Positions 10,055 through 22,720 are shown, counted from the first letter of the stretch. The stretch is DNA of 64,000 nt from Guillardia theta CCMP2712 (GCF_000315625.1 NW_005434658.1:826651-890650), one strand, 5' to 3'. Numbers and translations: made by a program. The notes: generated by a model not told the origin, from the sequence alone.

Positions 10055-12892
10055 ATGTCCTGGAGCAAGGAACAAGGAACAACCCCACTTACCCCCCTCG
10101 ACGTAGTCACTAGGGCCAGGAAGAACCCGTGCATTCGGACATGGAACCTTCAGAAGAGCCTCAGAGTTGCCGAGCAACTGCTGTCGTTGGAGGACAAGAG
10201 CATCCTCCCCGACATAGAGGACATCATCAACGGAGCTGTGCGGGAGGTCAAGGAGATCATTCAGAACAGTAGCTTTGATGACGTGGAAGACTTGATGGGG
10301 GTGGAGAACGGAATAAGTCCCAAGCTGCAGTCCTACGACAGAGAGGGGGTTGAAGACATCTTGCAGCAGATCGCCTCGATGCAGGAGTCTGTGAGTAGCC
10401 TCAAGGCAAGGTCAACCCCAAGGAGGGTGAAGGTGGGCACAGACAGTGAGCGGGGCAGGAGGCTGAAAGAGTCGAACAAGGAGAACATGGTTGAGAACGC
10501 GCATGCTCCCAGGGTCTCGCTCACCTTCCCTGAGCTCCCAGCTTACAAGGAGAAATCCTCTCATGACGAGCTGGAGGCTTCTCCCGAGCGCACGGAGACG
10601 CGGGGAGGGGAGGGGCTTCCATGGCGGGGATGGCAGGCAGATCGCGATTGGCTGTCACAGCGACTAGCGCGAACCTTACTTTCTCAGCTCATCCCGGAGG
10701 TGAGAAACAAGTGGTGCTGGGAACGGGATGGTGACTCTTGCTGCAGACGTGGAGAGAGGACGTGCACTTTGCGATGAGGGATAGTTCCAACTTCAGCGTG
10801 GGAGAGATCGTGGTGGTTCGAAATGGAGGAGGGGAGCTTGTGTTTGGGAAGATCAGGTCAAGTTGTTGTGGCGCGAGACGAGACTGACGATAATGATGAG
10901 CAGTTCGATGGAAGACGACCAGAGTTACTCCATCGCTGTGAAGAGAGGGGGGCGAGCGGATGGTGCGGAAAAGGAGTATGCTCCTGTGCAGAAGAGAGGT
11001 TGTGAGATAGGAAAGATACTGTTGACAGGATCTTGGGAGCCTTGTGAGACGACTGACCTGCTGTGTTGAGAGTTGTGACTGACGGTCTTGAAGGTGTTCC
11101 TGGAAGGAGTCCTTGCGAGGGAAGGGGGGGGGAGCGCGTCCTGGGCAAGGAGGAATCGGCGAGGGATGTAGGAGAAAAGTGGGTGGAGGGCGATGTTTCA
11201 CAGCAAGTCTCTGCCGTAGTATGTTGTGATGATGTAGTAGGTGGGTCGGAGGAAGGAAGAGACAGACGTGTGGCGGAGGCGAAGGAGGAGGAGGAGGAGG
11301 AGGAGGAGGAGGAGGAGGAGGACACAGGGGATGTGGAGGAAGACGAGAATGGGCAGGACAATCGACTTGAGAAAGTGGTCGACGACTACAAGGAGATGGA
11401 GCAGAGAGAGCAGACATTGGAACTAAAGCAGGAGCAAAAAAATGATTCTGGGCAGCAGGAGCAGGAGCAGGAGCAGGAGCAGCAGGCACATCAGAAGGTG
11501 GAGGAGCAGGAGCGGGTGGAGAAGGCACAGGAACAGGAGCACGAGGCACAGGAGCACGAGGCACAACAGCAGGAGGCGGAGGAGCAGGAGCAGGAGCAGG
11601 ATGAATTATCCAGGAGCTTCGAGGAGCTGATCGTGAGATCTGGCCTGCGGGGGGAAGTGAAGCGGCTGAATCGACCGTACAAGGAAGCCTTCCTGCAGGA
11701 GAGAGAGTGCGACAAGAGCCTGGAGATCGTGCTGGAGAAGGAGGAGGAGCAGGGAGATAAGGAGGGGGCAGAGCTGTGGCTGGAATACAACGAGGAGGAG
11801 GAGGAACACGAGAATGAGAAAGACACGTTACAGGTTGGTTGGGACGAGCGAGTTGGAGTCTGGGAAGTGGTTGTGGCGCGGCAGCAGCAGCAGCAGCAGC
11901 ACTCCTTCGATTGTTCAAGGGATTATGTCAAATTCGATCACCTGGACGACAATCTTGGCAAGGAGGAGGAGGAGGAGGAGGAGGAGCACGATGAGGTGGG
12001 GGAGGAAGAGCAGGAGGAGAAATGGGAGAGAGCTGTGGAGGATGATCATGCTGGATTGAGGGATGTCGACAACGCTCAACGTCAAGTCATCTCAGAGATC
12101 GCTGGTCAGGTAGGAGAATGCAGAGGAGAGCCGGGAACGGCTGCTGTAGAAGAATGCCTGGCGGATCGAGAGCGGGAGCCTGAAGATGAAGATTGTACGG
12201 ATAAGCTGGGGGAGAAAAGAGAAGGAGAATCCGGGCACGTGGAACAAAGAAGTGAAGGAGGAGGAGGAGGAGGAGAAGCAGGGAGAGCAGGAAAAACAGA
12301 AGGTAGTGGACACTGCCAACTGGAAGGGCCAAGCTTGCAGGGAGCGGGAGGGAGGGAAGCGAGGGAGGAAACGCAAGGCAACTGGAGAGAAGAAGAAGAG
12401 TTTCCGATGGGAAAGCCCGACCTCTCCCTCCTGCCACACGTTGCGCCTCCTCTGGCTAGTGACAAACTTGATGGCGAGGAGGGTCATGATGCGAGGTCGG
12501 CAGCTGGAGCAGGAGACGTGAACAATCATTCATCGTCGTCAACCGACGGAGGACAGGTGAGAATTCCACGCCTCTAAATTCAAGTCCGTTGACTCGTCTG
12601 CACAGGAATTACGCCCTCCGCTGCCTCCTCCTGCACGTGCTCGACCTTCTCTTGCCCTTGTGGCATCTGCTGCTGCCCTCGTCCTCGTCCTCGTCTTCAT
12701 GCTGGCAAGCAAGCATCCCAGTACCCTCCCTTCTGCTGGGATGGCGAGGGGCCCTGCTTCTCCATCTCTGCGCGTGCATGCCGGTGAAATGTTCATTGGC
12801 GAAGAGGCGACGTCAGCTTCGAGGACGAACAAGCGTGAAGAATGCAGGAAACCTGTACGCGAACGAGACAGTAGAGGAAGGGACACAGCAAA

Positions 12893-12932
<40 letters not shown>

Positions 12933-13079
12933 GGCCGAGAAGCAGCAGGCGGGCATATTAAGTCTGTCATAGCGACAAAGAGCAAACTGATAAATCAGCA
13001 TCCGAACTTGTTGCTCACAAACATTCTGCAGCAAATTTTGAAAATTTTAAGACGTTTGCGGCAAACTCTAAGATTGTAG
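10055..13079 (+). CDS. Hypothetical protein with long Glu/Gln-rich region and a C-proximal hydrophobic segment
   Basis: ORFs 10055-, 11063- and 12660- can be joined by short GT-AG introns. A small beta-rich segment (FSVGEIVVVRNGGGELVFGKI) lies at about 10790-10855. The hydrophobic stretch LALVASAAALVLVLVFMLA is in the last exon. Confidence 0.6.
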
Positions 13080-13201
13080 CAATAAATACATATAGAAGGC
13101 AAGATCTCCCATGAAGTTCGGCCTTCTCCCCCCGCTCTCCCTCCCCCTCTCCCTAGTCTCTCCTCCGACTCTTGTTGGTATCTACAAAGCTATCCAGCTC
13201 G

Positions 13202-13308
13202 TTACTTCATCAGCCTCTTCTGCAACTCTGCTGCCTCCATCTTTACAAGAATCTTCGCTTCCTTGCTCTCCAAGTTCTTGAGCGCCTGCAGTCGAGTCAC
13301 ATGTAGCC
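13202..13308 (-). CDS. Orphan terminal exon (coiled-coil), possibly the 3' end of the carbonic-anhydrase-like gene across the gap
   Basis: A pyrimidine tract and CAG acceptor precede LHVTRLQALKNLESKEAKILVKMEAAELQKRLMK*. Linkage is obscured by the N gap. Confidence 0.35.
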
Positions 13309-13678
13309 TGAGGCCACGAGGCCATGAGGCGAGAGGTGAGGGAGGAAGGAGAGGAGGGAAACAGAGAACGGGGGGAGGAGGGAACGGACGGACGATGGGG
13401 ATGGATGGAGTGAAGAAGAAAGTTGGAGAGGGCAACAATAGTCCGCCATGCTAACCCAGAGCCACTCGAAGGATGAGGCAAAGCAAGAGGAAGCGGATGT
13501 AGGAGAGGAGGGAATAATGACAAGGGAAGGCAGGATAATAGAGGAGGAGTATGTGAAGGAGCAGTAGTAGGGGAGGGGGGGGGGGGGGGGGGGGAGAGGG
13601 CCGACCTTCGTGGGAGATCGTGCCTTCTATATGTATTTAGTGGACAATGTGAGAGTTTGCCGCACACGTCTTAAAATT

Positions 13679-13778
13679 NNNNNNNNNNNNNNNNNNNNNN
13701 NNNNNNNNNNNNNNNNNNNNNNNNNNNNNNNNNNNNNNNNNNNNNNNNNNNNNNNNNNNNNNNNNNNNNNNNNNNNNN
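13679..13778. other. Assembly gap (100 N)
   Basis: Run of exactly 100 N. Confidence 1.
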
Positions 13779-14059
13779 GGAAGATGAGAACGGAGGTAGA
13801 AGGGGAAGGGATAACGAAGGAGGGAAGGGAGTAAACGAGGGGAGAGGGAAGGGAGGACAGAAAGAAGAAGCAAGTTCTGAGAGCCTTTCAAAACCTCAAG
13901 TACAAACAAAACCTCCACAGGGGCAGGAAGGGAAAGGGCGCTGAGGTCTTCCACACTTCATTCATGCCCGTCCTTGATGCTCCATGTGCAGCGACGAGGG
14001 AGAGGGAGTCCTGGCAAGGAGAAGAAGGTCAAGGAGGAGGCAGGGGAGAGGGTTGGAAA

Positions 14060-15711
14060 CTAGAATACAAAGACAACCTGTGACAAGCTCTTCTCTCGTG
14101 ATGTTGCCTGGGCCTTAGAGGCTGCGAGTTGCGTCTTCTCCTTGTGCGTCTGAGGAGGAGCTGATGACAGAGCTGGCTTGCCCTGGGCTGCCTTCCCTGC
14201 CTCTTTGGCTGCAGGAGGAGTCGATTTGTGCTTCTCTTCAGCCTCCCTGATCTGCTCTGCCTTGCGGATCAACGCGCTTTCAGCTTCCTTGATGTCGTGG
14301 ACTTCTGTCTTCAGAGATTCTCTCGACCCACCACGGGCGGCTGATCTTCTCTTCCCCAGCCTCAGCAGCGACTGTTGAACACTCCCATGGCTCTGCACCA
14401 CATCCCCGCCCGTCAACATTTTCCCATTCCTCCTCCCTCTCACAACCTGCAGAGTCGCACGCGGCCCCCGGGCAGCGGCAGCCGCTCCCTGTCCTCCTCC
14501 GACCTCAGGTATCGCAGCCTGCCATGGGGTCTCAGTCGAGACAGCAGGAGAAAGGAAGGAAGGATGCTTCTCACCTGAACCACCCGGTCGCTGAGGGGCT
14601 GGATGGGCCGGTTGTTGGGAGCGAGGTCCTGAGAGATCTCGTCCGCATCGTAGTAGAAGATGGGGATGGGATCGCGGAGGATGTTCCACAGCACTCCTTC
14701 CGTGCAGGGAGGCTGCGTGAGCGAGCCGTTGAAGCGGAAGAAGCTGCGGCATTGTGACCACGGGGTTCTGAGCAGGATAGCGAGGCTGACCTGCTCATGT
14801 TCCCTGTCGGTGCCAGACTCTCTCGGATGCTTTCAAAGCTGATGGCAGGCTCGAGCTCGTTGTAACGGAACACCTGCACCGACACTCCAGTCAGCCTCCT
14901 CCCTTTCCTTCACTTGTGCCTACGGATTTCTGCAAGATCTTTGAGATCTGGTCGACGAAGAGAGGACTGGACAGGCCAACGGTCAAGTCCCAGCACAAGA
15001 AGGAGCCGATCCCTTCACACCTGGACCCTCCGCGTTTGAGCATGGAGGAGATCACCATGTACTTGGGGCCAGGGGCCATGTGCCAGAACTGGACTTCAAC
15101 GTCGAACTGAGTCCCGTCTATCTTGTTTTCACTAGGCGCATGCACCTGATGAGGAGTTTCACTTCTCGACCCCTCACACTCCCGGGAGGGCCCTTGCACA
15201 CACCTGAATCTGCTGCAACGTGTACACAGGACCACCTTCCTCCATCTGCAAGGTGGGCTTCTCATGGTCTTTGAGGTCGAACTTGTGACTGTCGTAAGTC
15301 TCCTCCTTCTGGTGCACTGAGATCATCTTTCCCTTGAAGTCCCACTTCATCGCAGGAAGGGGCGTCGCTTCTGCATGGCTTGACTCTATGTTAACAGGGC
15401 TCTGCTCCATCCCTACGTCACAAGTGAAGTAGTACTTCCCCCATGTCGATGGCCCGTCCTCTCCCTATCCATCACTTAGCCACAGGTAAACAAATCAAAA
15501 CAGAAGTCACCCGGAACTCCCAGTGCAGGCTTTGCTTCCGCTGAAATGGAGAAAACAAAGCAGACCTGTCCTCTTCGATGGCGCCATCCTTCGCCAGGAA
15601 AACAACCAGAGCAACACAGCCCAGGGCAGCCAAGCTTGTCAACAGCAGTTTGCGATAATTTCTCAGAACTTCGGCATTGGAGCTGCTCGTTGGAGCAACA
15701 CACTGGTCCAT
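14060..15711 (-). CDS. Alpha carbonic anhydrase-like protein with N-terminal membrane anchor and C-terminal coiled-coil extension; Zn ligands degenerate; 3' end uncertain
   Basis: Exons give GPSTWGKYYFTC..MEQSPVNI, YTLQQIQVHAPSENKIDGTQFDVEVQFWH, FNGSLTQPPCTEGVLWNI and NNRPIQPLSDRVV, all alpha-CA hallmark motifs. TM segment LLLTSLAALGCVALVVFL near the N-terminus. Confidence 0.9.
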
Positions 15712-16758
15712 GATCGGACCTGTAAAATGAGAGTTACTACAATTGCTCGAACCCGCCCGTCAATCAATCCCTATGCGATGAAAGAATATCCGATCTGTCC
15801 TCACAATACCTTCAGCTAATGCTTTTGTTGGTCTCTCCTCTTGTTCTCCTTACTTACTGTGCATCTTGTTCCGTTTGTTCATAATCTACACTCTAGCTGT
15901 CTTATCTTCTCCTGTTCGCTCTTCGCTCTTCTTCGGCCTCGTCTACGTCCCATTCTATCGTCTCCAGTCATCAGCTCATGGGCGACAGATCTAATTTGGG
16001 ACTTTCTTGGAAGTGGATCAACAAAAAAACATTCAAGTAAAATACATTTTAAATAAAAAATAAAACATATATAACATAAGTAGTTTGTAATTCATGAAAG
16101 AAAAAAGTTTGATTAAAATATGTTGCTAGGGTTGTTATCCTCATCTCCGAAATTGTTTTCAACGAGGCAGGCTCACCCACAGTCAGAAGAGTCGGCCTGG
16201 CGCGGCGCTGCGACCCGGCCAGGCCCGGGGCCCGGGCCGCCCAATTTTACTAAATTATTAAGTAAAAAAGACGGACCAACAGGTAGTAGAACTGCCGGGT
16301 AGTACTCTGGTACAATCTCTCACCGCAGTACGGTTTATAATTGATCATCGATAAGGCCGTACTATGATAACTACCAGAAGATCTTCCTCGGGATTTAAGT
16401 CAGTACTACAGAGTACCTCACACAGTAGTTCTGAGCTACCATTGTTTTATTATATTAGAAAATATTATAATAGTTTTAAGATAATCAGTATAGGCTATCT
16501 GATATCCGGTACGGCCCACACTGGCCCCTAGTACCAATTTTACTGTCCTAAGGTCGCCGCGTACAAAATAGACATGAAGGTGGGTGGTCAAGATGGGACA
16601 GGGGTGGGTGGAGATGAGCAACCAAGTTTACCACCGCGATTTGGAGCAAGAGACGGGTGAAGAGAAGGTAGATGACTAGGGGTGGGGTACTATCCCAGGT
16701 CCGATTCCGGGGAGAGGTAGGGTGGTTTACGGCGGTAGGTCCCGATGTGGAAGCGGAG

Positions 16759-18854
16759 ATGCAATCAGGGACGGGAGACATGGAGGCAGAGCAAGACAAG
16801 AGCGCGATGGGAGAGGAGGTAGACGACCCGAGGATAGACGCACAGCATGCATACAAGGAGATGTGCGAGACCAGCTCTCTTGGGTTGGTTGGGGTAAACA
16901 GCTGAGGCTCCTCGTAAGTCTCTTGACGAAAAATGGACGTGAGGTTTTGCCAGTCACGCATTGACGGAGAGAGCGAAGTTAGATGTGCTCTATCGACCTG
17001 CCAATGTCGTTCATGCTAAGAGATAGTCTCTCAGACAGCTAGCGAGTGCACCTGTGAATCTAGCAATGACCCTCGTTTGTCGATACTCTCTGTCACGAAT
17101 AACTCCGAAAAGGCATGGAAGGCGGGATGTTGTGCATGGAGCGAAGCCGAGTGTGTGTACTGACATGATGTTGCAGGTTCAGTCATGGGGCCAGACAGCT
17201 CTCAGAACCCTCAAGCACACTTGATGATTCCCCAGTCCTCAGCGATGAACGGAGCTCAGCTGCTGATGCCGCACTCCCTTCCCCATATGCTCGCGCCGAT
17301 GCAGCATCAGATGATCGGGTTCCGAGGTGGCTCCCCTCCCCCGATGAGCCCCACCAACTTGGCTCCGCACATGCCGCACTCGTTCTCGCCCAACGCTTCC
17401 AGGTCTCCCGTCTCTGCCTCCAAGGTCACTTGCGCTCTTCCAAGCTTGTGCTTTGACTCGCAATACCAGGGAATTCCTTTACAGATGCCGCTAAACATGG
17501 TGAACCAAGGACGAAGCTCTCCCATCCTCATGGTTTTCCCTTCTCTCTACCTCCCGACAACCTGACTAGTGTGAGTAGCACGGTATGAAAGTTGTCCCGC
17601 ACAGTCAAGATCGCTCAATGATGCCGGATCAACTCGACAAGACTTCTCCCAAGGGCAACTACCCGCCGAGCCCGATGGCGTAAGCGGCCGCATCAACATC
17701 ATCTCATGCTGAATGTGAAGCTCAAACAGGGAGGGGCATGCCAACAAGTCGCCACCCCAGCAACATTCACGTGGAAGGATCTATTCTGTTCCGAACAATG
17801 CCGGGACTGGAACTGAGAGCTTGAAAACCTGTAGGAAATTCGTGCAAACACATGTATCTTGATGCTTGTCTGCAGCTCAGTCAACGATGCCGACGAAAGA
17901 CATGGACAAGCGGATCGAAGACCTCAAGAAGAAGTTGTCGTCCAAGGAAGGTGACCTAAAAGATCTGCAGGATCGCTTCATAGATCTGGTGGGACCCTCA
18001 AGAATGCCTGCTCTTGTTGGCTGAAACTTGTCACAGGAGCATGAGAACTCAAAACTTCTATCTGAACTCAAACATCTCCGAGAAATGGCCGCATTCGGTC
18101 ACAAGGAGTGCAGGCGCTGCAATGAGTTGAACGTCCGAGTGAAGGACCTGGAGGCCCGCTACAACGCTCTCGAGAGTGAGAACCGAACCCTGCGCAACAA
18201 TGCCAACGTGAAAGCACCCGTCAACGGTGCCAACGTGAAAGCACCCGTCAACGGTGTTGTGAACGCCAAGACCCCCAACCAGAAGGTACTCGTGACTCGT
18301 CAACCTGTCAGAGGTCCCACCCTTGTTCAGGTCGGCATCGGGATTCTCCTGGAACGCCTCGAAGATGACTCGACAGTCATCACTGACATCGTGCCTGGTT
18401 TCGGCGCTCACCTCAGCGGCAGACTGCAGGTCATGAAGGCTGAATCCGTGCGGGAAGGGACTGACGTGACCCGGGCAGATCCGAGATCACGTGATGGCGA
18501 TCAACGGGGTGTCGATTGCTGGTCTGCAGCTGGACGAGGTAGAAGGAAAGTGGCAGGTTGAGATAGAGTGATGTGACGAAATCATCAGGTGAAAATGTTG
18601 ACGGTGGGAGAAGAGGGAAGCACTTGCAACATCCTTGTCGACAGGAATGGTCAAAGACTCGAGGTTCAATGCAAACGTGAGCTTGACTTGAGGTGTTGGA
18701 ATGCTTTCTGAGTTCCTTTCCTTCAGGGTTGTATCCTGATAAAGTCGATGACACCAACTACAAATGTGCCCACAGGATCTCATCAAGACCGGCGGATAGC
18801 AAGTACACGTCGCACGACAACCTGTTCCAGTACTTCTGGTTCGACAAATTGTGA
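16759..18854 (+). CDS. PDZ-domain protein with Pro/Met/Ser-rich N-terminus and central coiled coil
   Basis: VGIGILLERLEDDSTVITDIVPGFGAHLSGRLQ|IRDHVMAINGVSIAGLQLDE|VKMLTVGEEGSTCNILVDR forms a complete PDZ fold across two short introns. The gene ends FQYFWFDKL* at 18854. The start is approximate. Confidence 0.75.
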
Positions 18855-18967
18855 TGAGCTCTGCTTGCAATAGACTACATATACAAGAAAGATCCTTCAT
18901 ATTCAGCATGATGATGCTCTTTCGTGTATCCGACAGGGTCAAAGAAAGACACCGACTAGAGTTCAGA

Positions 18968-21330
18968 TTAAAATTTTTCTCTTCTAATATACATCCCGTG
19001 CGATGTTGGAAGCCTTCGTTTCGGGTAGGACAAGGAGCCCAGGAGAGACTTTCCAAGCATCTCTGCGGATGGTTCGGCCTTCACTTCCATCATGCTTTCT
19101 GGCTCCTTGATCAATGTGTAAGGCAGCTTTGGTTCTTGGTGATATGCCCTGCGAAGCCCATTGAGGTTGATCTTTTCCCTTGTCTTGATCATGCCGTTCT
19201 TCATCGTCTCTCTCTCTCGCTTCTTGAAAATCAAGTTTGACACGAGCTGTTCCTTGTACTTGATCCACTCCCGCCCTTCCTCATACAACTGCACTAGAGA
19301 CATCTCCGACGGGTAAAGCATCTCGCGCTCTGACAACACCCTGCACACCTCTGCGTCTAAGATCACCTTGGGTTCAGAATTCCAGTTGTCGTTGAGCTCT
19401 GGAGACAAGTAAGGAGGAAGGAGGGAGGTAGCATGCCAGCCTTACCCACTAGCTCGTGCTGCATCCCGATCTGAGTGCTGCCCTTCGAGACAAGCAGCTC
19501 GACTGGAGTCGCGGCGACTGACGTGTAGGCGTTGGGAGTCTTGGAGAGGACCTGCGACAGGCAAGGGAGTCAGCAATGCTGACCAGCAGGACATGAAAAT
19601 CACCTCCAACAGATGGATCGTATGCCCGCGAAGGAGTCTGCTCAAGAAGACATCTTTATCCATCAAAACTTTGCTGAGATCACTCGATGCAAGGTCCGAG
19701 GTGTTTCCACTTGAGGTGCTCTTGTTGGACGGCCGTTGAGAAGGCTGGTGTCGTTGATTGTGAGCTCGGTTATCTAGCACAGACTTGTAAATGTTCACTT
19801 CGCCCGACATGATGAAAACAACTCTGCTCCATGTTTCTCTTTCCCGCGCGATCACTCCGGATCTATACTGCAGGATGTCGAAGGAGCTTGCGATCATGTT
19901 CAGCTTGTCGTCACTAGCGTCATGAAACACTGAGAGCTCACGGAAGAAGTTGAGCTTTCTTGTATGCATGTTGTCCTGCAATGGCTTGATGTGACTTTCG
20001 TACTCCTTGAGCTGAACCCTCAGCAGAATGGCAGGCTGGTCAACGATGACCGTCATATCATAGGACCCCTTCGACAAGAAGCTCTCCACCCCGATGATTG
20101 ATCCCATGAGAAGTTTCTGCACCGAACGTTCCACTTGGTTTTCATCTGACATCAACGTTTCCACACGGTCCAAGTACTTGTCAGTGGTGAGCTGAAGGAA
20201 GAAGGTTATCGATCCAGAGACAGCTTCCGCCTTGCCCGACATGTGCTCATCCACCAGACCGCTGTACCTCTCGTCGTCCTTGAGAGGCAGAGCGTACTTG
20301 TGGAACTTGTGCATGTCGGTCTGAAGCGCTCTTAAGGGCACCTCCACCAGACCTAGGAAGTCGTGGTCCCCCCAGGCGTCGTAGTCCCACACGGTCAGTT
20401 CCACGCTATCAGCGTCGTCCTCTACCTCGATCTTGAGCGTCTGCTCCCAGATCGGGTTCAAGGTCTTGTACTTTACTTCCGTTTGCCCCTCCCTCGTCCC
20501 CACTCTCACTACGACGTATGGGTCCGAAGTCCCCGAGGGATCCAGCGCGGCGATCTGAATCGCTTCCACGATGTTTGCAAAGAGGATGACCTTTCCTCCC
20601 TCTGAGCTCAAGGCTTCTGAGTTCTTCACAGCCTTGTGCTGGCAAAACAGACATCCCTCCAACACCTGCACCCGCTTCACCCCGCGTCATGACCGGCATG
20701 GCTGACGCGCACCTGGTACAAGCAATCCACTTGTTGGCCTTCTCTCACGACGATGCCTCCCCGGTGCACGAACTTCCGGACGTCAACAATCTTTGCGAGC
20801 TGTTCCTCCATGTGGGAGCTCACGATGTTGAGCTCTTTGAAGGTGTGTAGCTCCCTGGGCAAGAGGTCACGCGGCGGATCCATACAGGCAAGGGAAGGGA
20901 CCTGAGAGCTTCCATCAAGTAGAGGATGTCTTCCGGGAGCCTCTCACTCCAAGGCTTCTCAAGAAGGCTCACAAACGTCTCTATCTGCACAAGCTTCACA
21001 CAGACATCAGACATGCGTTCGTGTGACCCTGTTGATTCTCTTCATTCCGGGGCCATGGGATGAACTAGGCTTATTCGTCTGCTGTCCACGACTCTTGAGG
21101 ATCGCCTGATTGGTCGATTTGAGATTGAGCGAAATGACATCAGCACTCACATTCAGATTCTCTCGAGCTCGTCCAACGACGAGAGGAAAATGCACTTGGA
21201 CCTCTCGGGAGATCTTCTTCTCTTTTGTTTTCTTCTCATTGACTGTCAAGTGGCTGTCAGTTCGAGGCATGAGGGTTGTGGAGCACATGACTCACTTCTG
21301 GGAAGCTGTCCTCTCGACTCCCTTGCGCGC
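18968..21330 (-). CDS. Protein with tandem cyclic-nucleotide-binding-like domains and a C2 domain; start uncertain
   Basis: C2: IVEAIQIAALDPSGTSDPYVVVRVG...TLNPIWEQ...VWDYDAWGDHDFLG. CNB motifs: IVVREGQQVDCLYQVLEG and FFRELSVF...VIARERETWSRVVFIMSGEVNI. The N-terminal 'KPWSERLPEDILYL' helix is typical of CNBD proteins. Confidence 0.8.
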
Positions 21331-21739
21331 ATCTCATTCCAGCATGTCACAACATCATGTTTGAAGCTCCCTGCGCTTTCATCTACATTCCACTGCGTCC
21401 ATGCCGCTACACAATCTGCAAGCAACCATGAGTGAAGGTCTTTCTTCCTGTTTTTGTAGCATATTCATCCTTCAGCTCCACTCCAAGCCACACCTTGTCC
21501 TCCTCCTCCTCTACCACACGGTCCCCTCAACCACGGCAGTTTGACCGTCCCTATTGCATTGCTCGTACAAGTGATCCACGTCAAGACAGCTCCTCGGTCT
21601 CAGGCTTCTGGCTCTTCTCTCCCTTGCTGTCTTCCACCTCCGCGTCTCTTCCTCCATCCTCTTCTCCTTCACCTTGGCCGTTGCTACCGCTCGACTCTCA
21701 GGCGCTGACCATGGCCGTAGCCTCAGCTAGTACAGGCTC

Positions 21740-22720
21740 ACTGAGTCAGCCGGGCCAACCGGCGGCAGCAACCGGCAAAAGTTTCCATGAGTTTGCGTCA
21801 CCGCCGCACTCAGAGCCCGGAACGGTGACTGAGAGTCTCAGTCTGCCCGAATCGGTCATCGGGCCGATGTTGAACAGACTGAGTCAATCGTGCGGGACTC
21901 AGAGTCCGATCACCGTAGGCTCAGTCACTCACCGGGCCCCCGGCCAATGACTCATCATTGAGTCGGGCGCGCGGGGGGTGACTCGCTCTCAAGTTACTGA
22001 GCAAGTTAATTTGAAACGTGAAAACCGTTCAGATCCGCCCAGGCTAGCAAACTTAACTGCCACATCCGACCGAGGCGGCTTTCAGGGCCTGCTGACTCAG
22101 TGATCGCGGGCGGCCCTTGGCCCGGAAAGACGGGCCCCGGGCGGGCCGGATGCCGCCGCTCAGGTAGTCACTGAGCTGTGAATGCCGGGCGGCACTGCAT
22201 GCACCGTGGCACTGCCCCCTGCTGTCACACTGAGTCACCGGGCAAGCGCGCCGCGGCAGGGCGGGCCCCGGCCCCCGCCGCGCCGCGGCCGATTTCGGAA
22301 TTAACAGTGTCAGTGCCAGGCCGGCGGGCCCGGCGTCCGAATAATGACTGCATACAATCGGACAGTGGCACGCCGGCACGGTCACGGGGGGCCGGGCCGG
22401 GGCGGCCTCCGAACTCATCATGCCCCCGCATGGAACTTCGGAATGGCCCGGCGTGCCGCGTCACAGTGCCCCGCTATGCCGAGGCGGCGGGCGGCACGAT
22501 CATCCGGCCCGCGAGTACGCGGCCGCCCCCGGCCGCGCGGTCTGTCATCGGCGGGGGTCGGCAGTGGCCGCAGTAGGCATGACCGCCGGAGTCGGATCGG
22601 ACGCGGTCCCCGGGCCAGTGGCCGGCGGCACCCGTGCCACCGTGGCACGGCCCGGTGACCGGGCCCGGCCCGGGGGCCCGGGGGGATGAGGGCCAACAAG
22701 CCTGCCACCGAGGGCGGCCA
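21740..22720. promoter_or_regulatory. GC/CpG-rich divergent intergenic island with clustered TGASTCA (AP-1/GCN4-type) motifs
   Basis: Lies between head-to-head genes and is rich in CCGG/GGCC. Perfect TGAGTCA/TGACTCA at 21742, 21880, 21948, 22093 and 22231. Confidence 0.5.

Noticed and set aside
10689-11918. 409-aa minus-strand ORF
   Set aside because: Antisense shadow of the Glu-rich plus-strand exon.
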